DNA of 45,427 nucleotides from an uncultured Mycoplasmatota bacterium (GCA_948329525.1 CAOJBM010000003.1:1-45427); one strand, 5' to 3'; counted from the first letter of the stretch, positions 19,431-31,750 are shown. Made by a program: numbers and translations. Notes: generated by a model not told the origin, from the sequence alone.

Positions 19431-20144
19431 TTAGTTCCTTTCAAAAATATTTTTATAACTCTTATATTGTAAAATATTGAGAGGCGGCAATATTTTCATT
19501 CCAATCGCTCCATTTTTCACAGCTTTAATTAAAACCATTATGGATTCTTTTTCAAAACTTGTATAGATAAATTGTATTTTTTTAATCGCAAAATTGTATT
19601 TATTAAAAAGACTCATTATTTCTTGTAAACGAACAGGTCGGTGCACTAAATATAATGTTCCCTTATTTTTTAAAATATATTTACTAGAAATCATTAAATC
19701 TTCTAAAGACATTTCGATTTCATGTCTTGCGATGGCCTTTTCTTGTTCTTTATTAATTATGGAATTTTCACTACATTTAAAATAAGGAGGATTACAAGTT
19801 ACAATATCAACACTTTCTGGTAAGATATATTCAAAAGTATCCTTTAAATTAGCATTAACTATTTTTATTTGCTTATGCAACTTATTTTCTCTTACAGAGG
19901 AAGAAGCTAAATCATAAATACTTTTTTGAACTTCAAAACAATATATTTTAGCTTTTGTTTTAGTTGATAAAATAATAGGAATAGGAGCATTTCCTGTGCA
20001 TAAATCAACAATTAACTTTGTTGTAGTTTTAAGTTCAACAAATTCGGCTAAAAGAATCGAATCAAGTGAAAACTTAAATCCTTCATCATATTGAAATATT
20101 TTTAAATTTTCATAATCAAATAAATCATTTAATACCTTTTTCAC
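19431..20144 (-). CDS. trmN6: SAM-dependent N6-adenine methyltransferase, tRNA m6A37 TrmN6/YabB-like
   Basis: DLCTGNA SAM-binding loop and NPPYF catalytic motif. Confidence 0.7.
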   Translation of the reverse strand: MKKVLNDLFDYENLKIFQYDEGFKFSLDSILLAEFVELKTTTKLIVDLCTGNAPIPIILSTKTKAKIYCFEVQKSIYDLASSSVRENKLHKQIKIVNANLKDTFEYILPESVDIVTCNPPYFKCSENSIINKEQEKAIARHEIEMSLEDLMISSKYILKNKGTLYLVHRPVRLQEIMSLFNKYNFAIKKIQFIYTSFEKESIMVLIKAVKNGAIGMKILPPLNILQYKSYKNIFERN

Positions 20145-20919
20145 TATCTTTCAACTCGATTTCCTTGATATCATTATCTATTTCAACTTTGTATTTGCTA
20201 TTTAAAATATCTACTGAAATTACTTTTCCTGTTCCATATTCTGTTTTAATAGTACTTCCCACAAAAGGTAAATGTTTTTGACACTTTATATATTCTTCAT
20301 TTTCATAAGATAAACAACATAAAAGTCTTCCACAAACACCATTTATTTTATTAGGATTAAGAGCAATATTTTGATTTTTAGCCATTGTCATTGTCACGGA
20401 ATCAATATGATTTAAGAAACTAGAACAACATAATTCTTTACCACATATACCAATACCTGATACTTGTCTTGCTTTATCTCGTGCTCCAATTTGCCTTAAT
20501 TCAATTCTTGTATGATAAATATTAGCTAATTTTTTAACTAGATCCCTGAAATCAACTCTTTCATCAGCATAAAAATTTATTAATAATTGTTTCTTATCAA
20601 AAGTAAATGAGGCATCAATAACTGTCATTTCCAAAGCTAATTCTTTAACTAACTGTTTACATTTGTTAAATGCTTCATGGGCTTTCTTTTTATTATCTAA
20701 AAATTTTTGTTCATCTTCTTCAGTTGCTTTTCGCAAAATATCTTTTATATCACTTAGATTTATCTCACTACTATTTTTAAATTCAACTATTTTCCCATAT
20801 TGTTCCCCTTTTTCGGTCACAACAATAACGTAATCTTTTAAGTTTACTTCTAAATTATTTTTAGAAAAATAATATATTTTACCATCATTTTTAAAAGTAA
20901 TTCCACAAATATCACTCAT
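20125..20919 (-). CDS. ricT: PSP1-domain protein RicT/YaaT
   Basis: PSP1 C-terminal region with a Cys cluster (GICGKELCCSSFL...GVCGRLLCCLSYE). Follows holB, as in B. subtilis. Confidence 0.85.
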   Translation of the reverse strand: MSDICGITFKNDGKIYYFSKNNLEVNLKDYVIVVTEKGEQYGKIVEFKNSSEINLSDIKDILRKATEEDEQKFLDNKKKAHEAFNKCKQLVKELALEMTVIDASFTFDKKQLLINFYADERVDFRDLVKKLANIYHTRIELRQIGARDKARQVSGIGICGKELCCSSFLNHIDSVTMTMAKNQNIALNPNKINGVCGRLLCCLSYENEEYIKCQKHLPFVGSTIKTEYGTGKVISVDILNSKYKVEIDNDIKEIELKDSEKGIK

Positions 20920-21745
20920 AATAATTCCTCAATTCCCTAGAAAATAACATTAGACATAATTCAATATTTACATTTGCTTCAATGTCTATAATTGCTTGTT
21001 TAATTAACTCCATAATTTTAATATTATTTTCTATATTAAATTCATTAACTATATCATTTTGGCATTTATTATATAACTTTAATTCAAATAATTGTAGTAA
21101 ATGTTTTAACATTTTAGCATAGTCTTTTCTTTCAAAGTTCGTTTCTAAAAAAACATCATTATATACAAAAGTTATATTATGGTTTTCTTTTACATATTGT
21201 AAATATTTTGTTATTATTGGTTCTAAATCTTCACTATTATTAACTGTATTTTCATATAAAACATTAAAAATTTCACATCTACTTCGAATAGTTGGAAGAA
21301 TTTTTTCAAGATTCTCCGTTAAATAAAAACCTAAAATTTTATCTTCTGGTTCTTCTAAAAATTTTAATAAAGTAGTAGCGCTTTTAAAATTTAACATTTC
21401 ACAATAATTAATAATGTATATATTATAATCTAAATATAGAGGTTTTGCCAAAAATTTTTCTTTTAAATTAAGTATTTGTTGTCTATCAATTGTCATCTTA
21501 AAAGGATAGATATCACAAATACTCGGAATTAAATTGTTTTCTAACTGATAACAAATATTACACTCCTTATCACATTTATCCTGATATAAATTAGGACAAG
21601 AAATCTTTTTAATTAATAAATTCAAATCATTTCGTGCTTTTTCCATACAATTTGTATTAACCAATATGGCATGAGGCATTCTTTTATTTTGAAATTTACT
21701 ATATATAATATTAAACTTATCGTTTTCAAACACTGCAATCACCAC
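20912..21745 (-). CDS. holB: DNA polymerase III delta-prime subunit
   Basis: LLKFLEEP and TIRSRC clamp-loader motifs with a degenerate Walker A. Confidence 0.75.
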   Translation of the reverse strand: MVIAVFENDKFNIIYSKFQNKRMPHAILVNTNCMEKARNDLNLLIKKISCPNLYQDKCDKECNICYQLENNLIPSICDIYPFKMTIDRQQILNLKEKFLAKPLYLDYNIYIINYCEMLNFKSATTLLKFLEEPEDKILGFYLTENLEKILPTIRSRCEIFNVLYENTVNNSEDLEPIITKYLQYVKENHNITFVYNDVFLETNFERKDYAKMLKHLLQLFELKLYNKCQNDIVNEFNIENNIKIMELIKQAIIDIEANVNIELCLMLFSRELRNYYE

Positions 21746-21767
21746 TTCTTAAATTATAACAGATATT

Positions 21768-21950
21768 TTAAATAATGAAATAAATAACTAATAAAGAAAT
21801 TAATCCTGGTAATCCCAAAAGAGATAAAATCCCTACAGAGGCATAATTTATAGGAATTACAACTGAAGATGTATAAATTATAAGGTTAACACAATATAAG
21901 ATTATTATTGATAAAACTATTCTTCTTACAATACTATAAACTTTTTTCAT
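21768..21950 (-). CDS. small two-TM membrane protein, BofA-like by position and hydrophobicity
   Basis: 60 aa counted from the ATG at 21950 (AGGTGA RBS). Two hydrophobic helices and a GLPGL motif. Located after recR, where yaaL and bofA lie in B. subtilis. Confidence 0.45.
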   Translation of the reverse strand: MKKVYSIVRRIVLSIIILYCVNLIIYTSSVVIPINYASVGILSLLGLPGLISLLVIYFII

Positions 21951-21991
21951 ACGTTCACCTACCAACATATATGAAAAAAAGAAAAATAATA

Positions 21992-22594
21992 TTACTCAGA
22001 AATTATTTTTCTATCTTCTAAAGCTCTATCAAGAGTTATTTCATCTAAATAATCGATTTCGGCATTCATTGGGATTCCATAAGACAATCTTGATATTTCA
22101 ACTTTTTTCTTCTCAAAAATTTTTTTTATGTATAAAGTAGTTGTTTGCCCTTCCAAGCTAGACTTTAAGGCAATTATTATTTCGGGATTTTCTAGCTTTT
22201 CAACTCTTTCTACTAAACCTTTTATATTAATATTTTCTGGTCCAATATCATCAAGAGGAGAAATTAATCCTCCTAAAATATGATAAACTCCATTAAAATG
22301 TCCTACATTTTCGAAAGCAAACAAACTTTTTTTATCTTCTAAAACACAAATTAAATTTTTATTTCTTGTCGAAGATGAACAAATTGAGCAAATATCTTCT
22401 TCGGATAAATTACCACAAATTGTACATTCTTTTAATTTAGTTTTTACTTCTTTAATAGAAGTAGCAAAATCCTCAATTTCTTCTAAAGACATATTTAAAA
22501 GATGAAGAGCAAGTCGCTCAGCACTTTTGCCACCAATTCCGGGAAACTTTTCAAAGTAATTTTTAGCTTTATTTAAACTAGTAGGATAAACCAT
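21992..22594 (-). CDS. recR: recombination protein RecR
   Basis: C4 zinc finger CTICGNLSEEDICSIC plus a Toprim domain. Confidence 0.93.
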   Translation of the reverse strand: MVYPTSLNKAKNYFEKFPGIGGKSAERLALHLLNMSLEEIEDFATSIKEVKTKLKECTICGNLSEEDICSICSSSTRNKNLICVLEDKKSLFAFENVGHFNGVYHILGGLISPLDDIGPENINIKGLVERVEKLENPEIIIALKSSLEGQTTTLYIKKIFEKKKVEISRLSYGIPMNAEIDYLDEITLDRALEDRKIISE

Positions 22595-22893
22595 TATATC
22601 AACCCATTAAGTTGATTGCCATAAGCACCTAATTTTTTAGATACTTCATCATCTATTTGCTTTAAAGCATCATTTACTGCTATTTTTATCATATCTTCTA
22701 AAACTTCAATATCATCTTGTTCTAAAGAAGTATCTTTATTTATTTTTATAGAAACCATTTCTTTTTTACCATTAAAAACTACTTCTACTAATTCTGATTT
22801 TCCTGTAAATAGTTGTTTGTTTATTTCTTCCTTTTTTGTCATTAAATCTTTTTGCATTTTTTGAGCTTGAGCCATTAATGCTTGCATATTCAT
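22594..22893 (-). CDS. ybaB: nucleoid-associated protein YbaB/EbfC
   Basis: MNMQALMAQAQKMQKDL start; 99 aa; lies between dnaX and recR. Confidence 0.9.
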   Translation of the reverse strand: MNMQALMAQAQKMQKDLMTKKEEINKQLFTGKSELVEVVFNGKKEMVSIKINKDTSLEQDDIEVLEDMIKIAVNDALKQIDDEVSKKLGAYGNQLNGLI

Positions 22894-22907
22894 ATTATTC
22901 CTCTTTT

Positions 22908-24545
22908 CTATTCATAAGTGATTACATCTTCGCTAAATATTTCATTAGCTAGTTTTTCCACTTCTGTTTGTTCTACTTTTGGCACATCTGATATTTCATC
23001 TCTGTACTCATATATAATACCATTTTTTTTGTTATTTTTAAATAGTTCTATTTGTTCTTCCCATTTTTCTTCTGATAGACAAACAAATTTATATTCTTTA
23101 TTCATAAATTCTAAGAATATATCTTCAATTTTGGCTAATTCTTTATTTATCAACCTTGCTGTGGAATTGTTTTTTACTTTAATTACGGCATATTTTGGAG
23201 AAGCTAAAACTATTTCTGAATCAATAGTTAAAGAATAAATGTTTTTAAAATTTTCTTGCATATATTCTATTGTTTCAAGCCAATCTTTTGCAATATCTAT
23301 TTTATAATCTTTTGTTGCTTCAACAAAGCAATTATTTACTCTTATATTTTCTACATTATCAATAAATTCTTCATTTATATCTTCTGTTTTTTCTAATATC
23401 TCTTTTTTTTCTTTTATTTCAGGTATTTCTTCAATTTTTTCTTCTGATTTTATTTCCCGGGAAATAATTTTTTCACTTTCCAATGAGTTGTTTTTTATTT
23501 CCCGGGAAATATTTTTTTCATTTTTATTATTTGATAAATATTTTAAAATTGTCATTTCTATCAATATATAAGGATTGACATTAATATTAACAACATTTAA
23601 ACAATTATTTAAATCAAAAATTAAATTATATATTTTATTGAATTGTTCTATATCATAATTATTTTTAAATTCTATAGCTATATTTTCTAATTTTTTGATA
23701 AATTTTTCAATAAATATACTATAACTTGTTCCACTATTATTAAATTCATTTAGTAAATTTAATACACCTTGAACATTATTATTTATAAAGCACTCATATA
23801 ATTCCTCTATCTTTTTAGTAGAAACTATTCCAAAGTTTCTATAGATGTCCTCAATATCTATAGCTTTGTTTTCACCCGATAATTGGTCTAAGACACTTAA
23901 GGCATCTCTTAATCCACCATTAGATATTATTGCTATTTCTTTTAATGCCTCATCACTTGCATTAATTTGTTCTTGTTCGCAAACGTATTTTAGCCTTTCA
24001 AATATTTTATCTGTTGTTATTGGTTTAAAATCTAGTCTTTGACATCTTGATAGTATTGTTATAGGAACATTTTGAATATCTGTTGTAGCTAAAATAAATA
24101 CAACGTGTCCTGGTGGCTCCTCTAAAGTTAGCAATAAAGCATTATAAGCTTGTTTAGATAACATATGTACTTCGTCAATAATATACACTTTATATTTGGA
24201 ATAAGTTGGTGTTACTTTAACATTATTGATAATTTCTCTTATTTCATCCACACCATTATTTGAAGCAGCATCAATCTCAATTATATCAGGATTATCATTA
24301 GTATTAAGACAATTAGAGCATTTTCCACAAGGCTCACCATTATTTGAATCTAGGCAATTAATTGCTTTCGAAAATATTTTTGCTGTACTTGTTTTTCCTG
24401 TTCCTCTTGGACCTGTAAAAATATAAGCATGCGAAATTTTATTATTTTTAATAGAATTTTTTAGAATTTCCACTGTATATTCTTGTCCATAAATACTCTC
24501 AAAATTATTTGGGCGATATTTTCTATATAAAACTTTATACTCCAT
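22908..24545 (-). CDS. dnaX: DNA polymerase III subunit tau/gamma
   Basis: GPRGTGKTS Walker A, CGKCSNC zinc module, SRC motif. TGGTATAAT extended -10 upstream. Confidence 0.93.
   Translation of the reverse strand: MEYKVLYRKYRPNNFESIYGQEYTVEILKNSIKNNKISHAYIFTGPRGTGKTSTAKIFSKAINCLDSNNGEPCGKCSNCLNTNDNPDIIEIDAASNNGVDEIREIINNVKVTPTYSKYKVYIIDEVHMLSKQAYNALLLTLEEPPGHVVFILATTDIQNVPITILSRCQRLDFKPITTDKIFERLKYVCEQEQINASDEALKEIAIISNGGLRDALSVLDQLSGENKAIDIEDIYRNFGIVSTKKIEELYECFINNNVQGVLNLLNEFNNSGTSYSIFIEKFIKKLENIAIEFKNNYDIEQFNKIYNLIFDLNNCLNVVNINVNPYILIEMTILKYLSNNKNEKNISREIKNNSLESEKIISREIKSEEKIEEIPEIKEKKEILEKTEDINEEFIDNVENIRVNNCFVEATKDYKIDIAKDWLETIEYMQENFKNIYSLTIDSEIVLASPKYAVIKVKNNSTARLINKELAKIEDIFLEFMNKEYKFVCLSEEKWEEQIELFKNNKKNGIIYEYRDEISDVPKVEQTEVEKLANEIFSEDVITYE
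23452..23465. promoter_or_regulatory. perfect Noc-binding site (NBS) ATTTCCCGGGAAAT inside dnaX
   Basis: Exact match to the B. subtilis NBS consensus; the 16-mer TATTTCCCGGGAAATA is also perfect. Encodes ISREI in the dnaX frame. Confidence 0.75.
23497..23510. promoter_or_regulatory. perfect Noc-binding site (NBS) ATTTCCCGGGAAAT inside dnaX, second copy 45 bp from the first
   Basis: The same 16-mer palindrome, in the same reading frame (ISREI again). Confidence 0.75.
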
Positions 24546-24594
24546 AAAAAAAGCTCCATTTCTTATATAATTATACCATAAATAAAGGAGTTTT

Positions 24595-25005
24595 CTATCT
24601 TTTATCTACAAAAAATCTTTGTAATGTAGATTTATATTCTTTTTCATATTTTCTATTTTTTATTTTTTCCATATTATTTAAAATAATAGTATTTTTAGGA
24701 TTATTTAATAGATAATATACTTCTTTTATTCTAGCTTCTTTTATTATTTGTTGGCACAATTCACAAGGACATAAACTAACTATCATTGTACAAGAATCTA
24801 AACGCCAATCTTTCAATTTTTTTTCTGCTTTTAAAATAGCGTTTACTTCTGCATGACCTAAAACATTATATTTGTTTTGTCTATTATTAATTTTTTTGCT
24901 AATTATTTTTCCGTTTTTATCCAAAATTATACAAGCAACAGGTACTTCCTGTTTTTTTTCTGCTTTTTTTATTAATTTAATTAGTATTTCTAAATATCTT
25001 TCCAT
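24595..25005 (-). CDS. tadA: tRNA-specific adenosine deaminase
   Basis: HAEVNAI and CPCELC zinc-binding motifs. Adjacent to the SRP RNA and dnaX, as in B. subtilis. Confidence 0.88.
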   Translation of the reverse strand: MERYLEILIKLIKKAEKKQEVPVACIILDKNGKIISKKINNRQNKYNVLGHAEVNAILKAEKKLKDWRLDSCTMIVSLCPCELCQQIIKEARIKEVYYLLNNPKNTIILNNMEKIKNRKYEKEYKSTLQRFFVDKR

Positions 25006-25026
25006 ATAGTTTTACTCCTAAAAAAA

Positions 25027-25098
25027 GTGCACACAAACAGAGACTATTAAAGCTGCTACCTTCCGGTTCTGACTTGGTTCTAGTATATTTGTTGCACG
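25027..25098 (-). ncRNA. ffs: signal recognition particle RNA, short (4.5S-like) form
   Basis: Minus strand reads GUGCAACAAA...CCAAGUCAGAACCGGAAGGUAGCAGC...UUUGUGUGCAC. This contains the conserved domain IV motif with a GGAA tetraloop, the ends pair with each other, and a U6 tract follows. Confidence 0.8.
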
Positions 25099-25104
25099 TT
25101 TAAA

Positions 25105-25133
25105 ATATTATCACTTTTTTTCATAATAAGCAA
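25105..25133 (-). promoter_or_regulatory. sigma-A-type promoter of the SRP RNA
   Basis: Minus strand reads TTGCTT, a 17-nt spacer, then TAATAT, ending 7 nt before the RNA 5' end. Confidence 0.6.
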
Positions 25134-25142
25134 ATCGATTAA

Positions 25143-25158
25143 TGTTTCACGTGAAACA
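25143..25158. promoter_or_regulatory. perfect parS centromere site TGTTTCACGTGAAACA
   Basis: Exact match to the palindromic ParB/Spo0J parS consensus. Embedded in a 28-bp perfect palindrome (25137-25164). Confidence 0.8.
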
Positions 25159-25602
25159 TTAATCAACTATTTTCGAAAAGTAAATTAATTATCTATTATT
25201 TGTGAAAAATATGTTTTTATCTTGATTTAAAAATAAAAGTTCAGCTACTATCATATTTTAGAGATATAATTGTAACGTCATGATAAAATATATGAATAGC
25301 ACCTCAGTGGGAAAAACCATTAACTTTTATTAAATAAAGCATATGATAAATTTTTTATCTTTTTAATAATATCTTATTTTTATTATCTATTAACTTTTTT
25401 GTTATAAAATTATTATGTAGAAATTTTATAACCTTACTTTATAATTTTATTCTTTCATAAATATATATTATGGAAACAGAAAATCTTTTAATATAACGTC
25501 TATTTCTAATTTTACTTAGGGATATTAAGCCAATGGCTTTTATAGAGTAAATAATCTTCTTTCTGAGATTAATATAATAGAAATTCTTAAATAATTTATT
25601 TT

Positions 25603-25616
25603 ATTTCCCGGGAAAT
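25603..25616. promoter_or_regulatory. perfect Noc-binding site (NBS) ATTTCCCGGGAAAT, intergenic
   Basis: Exact consensus. It shares 26 identical nt (ATTTTATTTCCCGGGAAATAATTTTT) with the dnaX copy at 23452. Lies 22 bp from the parS at 25639. Confidence 0.75.
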
Positions 25617-25625
25617 AATTTTTGT

Positions 25626-25659
25626 AAAAAATAAACAATGTTTCACGTGAAACATTGTT
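25626..25659 (-). terminator. gyrA intrinsic terminator; its hairpin is the parS palindrome
   Basis: A 13-bp-arm hairpin begins 25 nt after the gyrA stop and is followed on the minus strand by UAUUUUUU. Confidence 0.7.
25639..25654. promoter_or_regulatory. perfect parS centromere site TGTTTCACGTGAAACA
   Basis: Exact parS consensus. Embedded in a 26-bp perfect palindrome (25634-25659). Confidence 0.8.
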
Positions 25660-25683
25660 AACAACTATTCTTGATTACTAGAA

Positions 25684-28149
25684 TTATTTTTTTTCTACAA
25701 CTGTATTAGAATTTTCTTCTGTTGGTTCTTCATTATTCTCTTCATCGTTTTTATTAACTAAACTAATAGTCGAAACTTTTTGATTTTCTTTTAAATGAAT
25801 TAATCTAACACCTTGCGTAATTCTACCTAAAGTTGATATTTGTTCTAAAGGCATTCTTATTACCATTCCTGAATCAGTGATAATAATAACATCTTGATTT
25901 TCATTTACTACTTTAAATGACGCAATAGTTCCATTCTTATCTGTTAAGTTAAGAGCCTTAACACCTTTACTACCTCTCTTAGTTTGTCTAAAATCACGAA
26001 CATTTGTTTTTTTGCCATAACCCTTTTCTGTTACAATGATTATAGTATCATCATCTGTAGCAATTTCAGCCCCAATACAAATACTATCTCCGAGTTCAAT
26101 TCCCTTTACACCACTTGCTGTACGACCTAAATTTCTTGTATCATTTTCATTAAACTTAACCATACGTCCTAAACTAGAACCTAACAATACAGAATCATTT
26201 CCTGTCGTTTTAATAACTGTAATAAGTTCATCGTTTTCTTTTAAAGTTATGGCTATTTTTCCATTATTTCTAATATTTTCAAATTCTTCTAAGGCCGTTT
26301 TCTTTATCAAACCATTTTTAGTAACAAACATCAAATTTTTTGTGTCTTCTTCTTTAGATATTCCAATTATAGATTTTACCATCTCATCTTTTTCAATTTG
26401 TAATAAATTAATTATTGGTAATCCTTTTGCTGCTTTACCATACTCAGGAATTTCATATCCTTTTAAGCGATATACTTTACCCTTATTTGTAAAGAATAAA
26501 ATATAGTCATGAGTCGATAGATTAATCATATGTTCCACATAATCTTCTTCATTTGTCGACATTCCTTTAACTCCAACTCCACCACGGTTTTGAGCTTTAA
26601 CAACAGAAGAAGTAAATCTTTTTATATAACCATTATGAGTTAAAGCAACCATAATATTTTCTTCTGGAATTAAGGACTCATCTTCAATATATTCAATAGC
26701 TGTCATATCGATTGTTGTCTTTCTTTCATCACCAAATCTATTCTTAATTTCAAGCATTTCTTCCTTGATAATATTATAAACTTTTTCATCACTAGCTAAT
26801 ATTGCCCTTAATTCATCAATTTCTTTCAATAATTCGGCAAGTTCTGCTTCTATTTTATCTCTTTCTAATCCCGTTAATCTTCTTAATCTCATATCAAGTA
26901 TAGCTTGAGATTGAATATCATCTAGCCCAAATCTCTCGATTAAGCCAGTTTTTGCTTCTTGGTCACTCTTTGAAGCTCTAATTAATTTAACAACTTCATC
27001 AATATTATCTAAAGCAATTTTTAAACCTTCTAAAATATGAGCTCTATCTTCAGCTTTTTGTAGATTAAATCTCGTTCTTCTGATAATAATTTCTCTTTGA
27101 TAGTCCACATATTTAGAAATAATATCTTTTAATCCTAAAGTTTTAGGAGTGCCTTGATCTAACATTAATAAAATAATACCAAAGTTTACTTGGAAATCTG
27201 TATGTTTATAAAGTTTATTTAATATTACTTGTGGATTAGCATCTTTCTTTAAAGTAATAGTAATCTTAATACCATTTTTTAAATCTGTATGGTAATCAGA
27301 TATACCATCTAAAACTTTATTATGAACAAGTTCAGCCACTTTATTTTTCAGTTCTAAAGTATTAACTCCATATGGTACTTCCTCAACAACAATGTAATGT
27401 CTGCCATTTTTTTCTTCAATAGTTGCTTTACTTCGAATTGTAATTGAACCTCTTCCTGTTTCATAAGCCTTTCTTATTCCTGAATTACCAAGAATTATAC
27501 CTCCAGTTGGAAAATCAGGGCCTTTAATAATTCTCATTAATTCTTCTAAAGTTATATCGCGATTATCAATATAAGCTATACAGCCATCAATAACTTCTGA
27601 TAAATTATGTGGTGGAATGTTAGTAGCCATACCAACAGCAATTCCCATTGTTCCATTAACTAAAATATTTGGAAATCTTGAAGGTAATATTGCTGGTTCT
27701 TTTTCACTTTCATCAAAGTTTGGTACCATATCAACAGTATCTTTATTGATATCACGAAGTAACTCTAAAGATACTTTGGATAATCTTGATTCGGTATAAC
27801 GATAAGCTGCTGCTCCATCACCTTCAATATTACCGAAGTTTCCATGACCATCAACTAACATATAACGATAGCTGAAATCTTGAGCCATTCTAACCATTGC
27901 TTCATAAATACTTGAATCGCCATGTGGATGATATTTTCCCATTACATCCCCGACAATTCTTGCACTTTTCTTGTGTGGTTTGTCAGGAGTATAGCCAGAT
28001 TCATACATCGAATATAGTATTCTTCTATGTACTGGTTTTAAACCATCTCTTAAATCTGGTATTGCCCGAGATATAATAACACTCATTGAATAATCTATAA
28101 AAGACTTTTTTACTTCCGTAACTATATTATTTTGTTCTATTCTATCCAT
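25684..28149 (-). CDS. gyrA: DNA gyrase subunit A
   Basis: AAAYRYTE active-site Tyr region, GyrA box and C-terminal beta-pinwheel repeats; 821 aa. Confidence 0.97.
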   Translation of the reverse strand: MDRIEQNNIVTEVKKSFIDYSMSVIISRAIPDLRDGLKPVHRRILYSMYESGYTPDKPHKKSARIVGDVMGKYHPHGDSSIYEAMVRMAQDFSYRYMLVDGHGNFGNIEGDGAAAYRYTESRLSKVSLELLRDINKDTVDMVPNFDESEKEPAILPSRFPNILVNGTMGIAVGMATNIPPHNLSEVIDGCIAYIDNRDITLEELMRIIKGPDFPTGGIILGNSGIRKAYETGRGSITIRSKATIEEKNGRHYIVVEEVPYGVNTLELKNKVAELVHNKVLDGISDYHTDLKNGIKITITLKKDANPQVILNKLYKHTDFQVNFGIILLMLDQGTPKTLGLKDIISKYVDYQREIIIRRTRFNLQKAEDRAHILEGLKIALDNIDEVVKLIRASKSDQEAKTGLIERFGLDDIQSQAILDMRLRRLTGLERDKIEAELAELLKEIDELRAILASDEKVYNIIKEEMLEIKNRFGDERKTTIDMTAIEYIEDESLIPEENIMVALTHNGYIKRFTSSVVKAQNRGGVGVKGMSTNEEDYVEHMINLSTHDYILFFTNKGKVYRLKGYEIPEYGKAAKGLPIINLLQIEKDEMVKSIIGISKEEDTKNLMFVTKNGLIKKTALEEFENIRNNGKIAITLKENDELITVIKTTGNDSVLLGSSLGRMVKFNENDTRNLGRTASGVKGIELGDSICIGAEIATDDDTIIIVTEKGYGKKTNVRDFRQTKRGSKGVKALNLTDKNGTIASFKVVNENQDVIIITDSGMVIRMPLEQISTLGRITQGVRLIHLKENQKVSTISLVNKNDEENNEEPTEENSNTVVEKK

Positions 28150-28163
28150 TTATATCACCTCTT

Positions 28164-31168
<3,005 letters not shown>

Positions 31169-31196
31169 TTTTTAGCCTCTTCTAAGTTCATATAGT

Positions 31197-31232
31197 AAAA
31201 ATATAGGTATATTAATACTCCTATACCTATAT
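31197..31232 (-). terminator. hairpin plus U-run after the comK-like gene
   Basis: ATATAGGTATA / TATACCTATAT 11-bp arms with a 10-nt loop, then UUUU on the minus strand, 29 nt before the recF ATG. Confidence 0.55.
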
Positions 31233-31273
31233 TGATTATATCACAAATATGACATTTATTTAAGCTTTTTTTA

Positions 31274-31711
31274 TTAATTTCGATTAATTAAGACAGATTC
31301 TAAACGACAAGCACGCATTAATTGATTATTTATTGTGGCAAAAGAACAGTTTATAACAATTTCTTTATAATTTTTAAAAATTATCTTTGTTTTATTTTCA
31401 TACTTTTCAATATTCTTAATATTCTTTAATGCCAACCAAACACATCGATTTAATCTTGGTGAAGATGTTGGAAAAAAAATTATTCTTTTACTTTCTTCGA
31501 TAATAACTGGCAATTTATGGGTCATCCCTGTAAGTCTTATCGTACCAATTCTTCTACCTTCATAAGTACTACCAAAATATTCACAACTATTATAAATTAT
31601 TTCATTAGCTTCATTATTGATAAATATTTGCTTATTTGCTTCATAAACCATTGTCCCCTTATCATATGGTACTAATGCTAATGTATCTTCACTAATTTCA
31701 TAGTTTTGCAT
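31274..31711 (-). CDS. comK: ComK-family competence transcription factor-like protein (145 aa, short)
   Basis: CEYFGSTYEGRRIGT...THKLPVII...IIFFPTSSPRLNRCVWL aligns, from memory, with B. subtilis ComK CRFFGSSYAGRKAGT...SHKPPIMV...FLFPTLS. Strong AAGGAAGGGGG RBS. Confidence 0.65.
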   Translation of the reverse strand: MQNYEISEDTLALVPYDKGTMVYEANKQIFINNEANEIIYNSCEYFGSTYEGRRIGTIRLTGMTHKLPVIIEESKRIIFFPTSSPRLNRCVWLALKNIKNIEKYENKTKIIFKNYKEIVINCSFATINNQLMRACRLESVLINRN

Positions 31712-31750
31712 ATTATCCCCCTTCCTTGAAATACTTATATCAAATAATTT

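Noticed and set aside
22908-24545. An E. coli-type programmed -1 frameshift site in dnaX producing a gamma subunit.
   Set aside because: A-runs are everywhere in this AT-rich gene. I found no specific slippery heptamer paired with a downstream hairpin that could be distinguished from background.
25165-25601. An rRNA operon, tRNA, tmRNA, RNase P RNA or 6S RNA downstream of gyrA.
   Set aside because: No GGAAAGUCC-type RNase P motif, no tRNA-like T-arm (GGTTCGAAT-type), no tmRNA 3' end and no rRNA signature were seen by eye. It remains unassigned rather than positively non-functional.
23451-25659. The GC-cored palindromes (CCCGGG and CACGTG types) first looked like a novel miniature repeat or MITE family, or like restriction-site artefacts.
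   Set aside because: They match known protein-binding consensus sequences exactly: TATTTCCCGGGAAATA is the Noc NBS and TGTTTCACGTGAAACA is parS. They were reinterpreted accordingly. No terminal inverted repeats or target-site duplications typical of a mobile element are present.
26036-26506. 156-aa plus-strand ORF, together with 27617..27799 and 30045..30314.
   Set aside because: They are antisense to gyrA, gyrB and recF. They are low-complexity (Ser/Ile/Phe/Leu-rich) with no start context. The sense-strand genes are unambiguous.
31235-31245. TGTGATATAAT, an extended -10-like sequence, as the recF promoter.
   Set aside because: It lies upstream of the comK terminator hairpin, so a transcript started there would meet the hairpin and U-run almost at once. 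Evidence is insufficient to call it.
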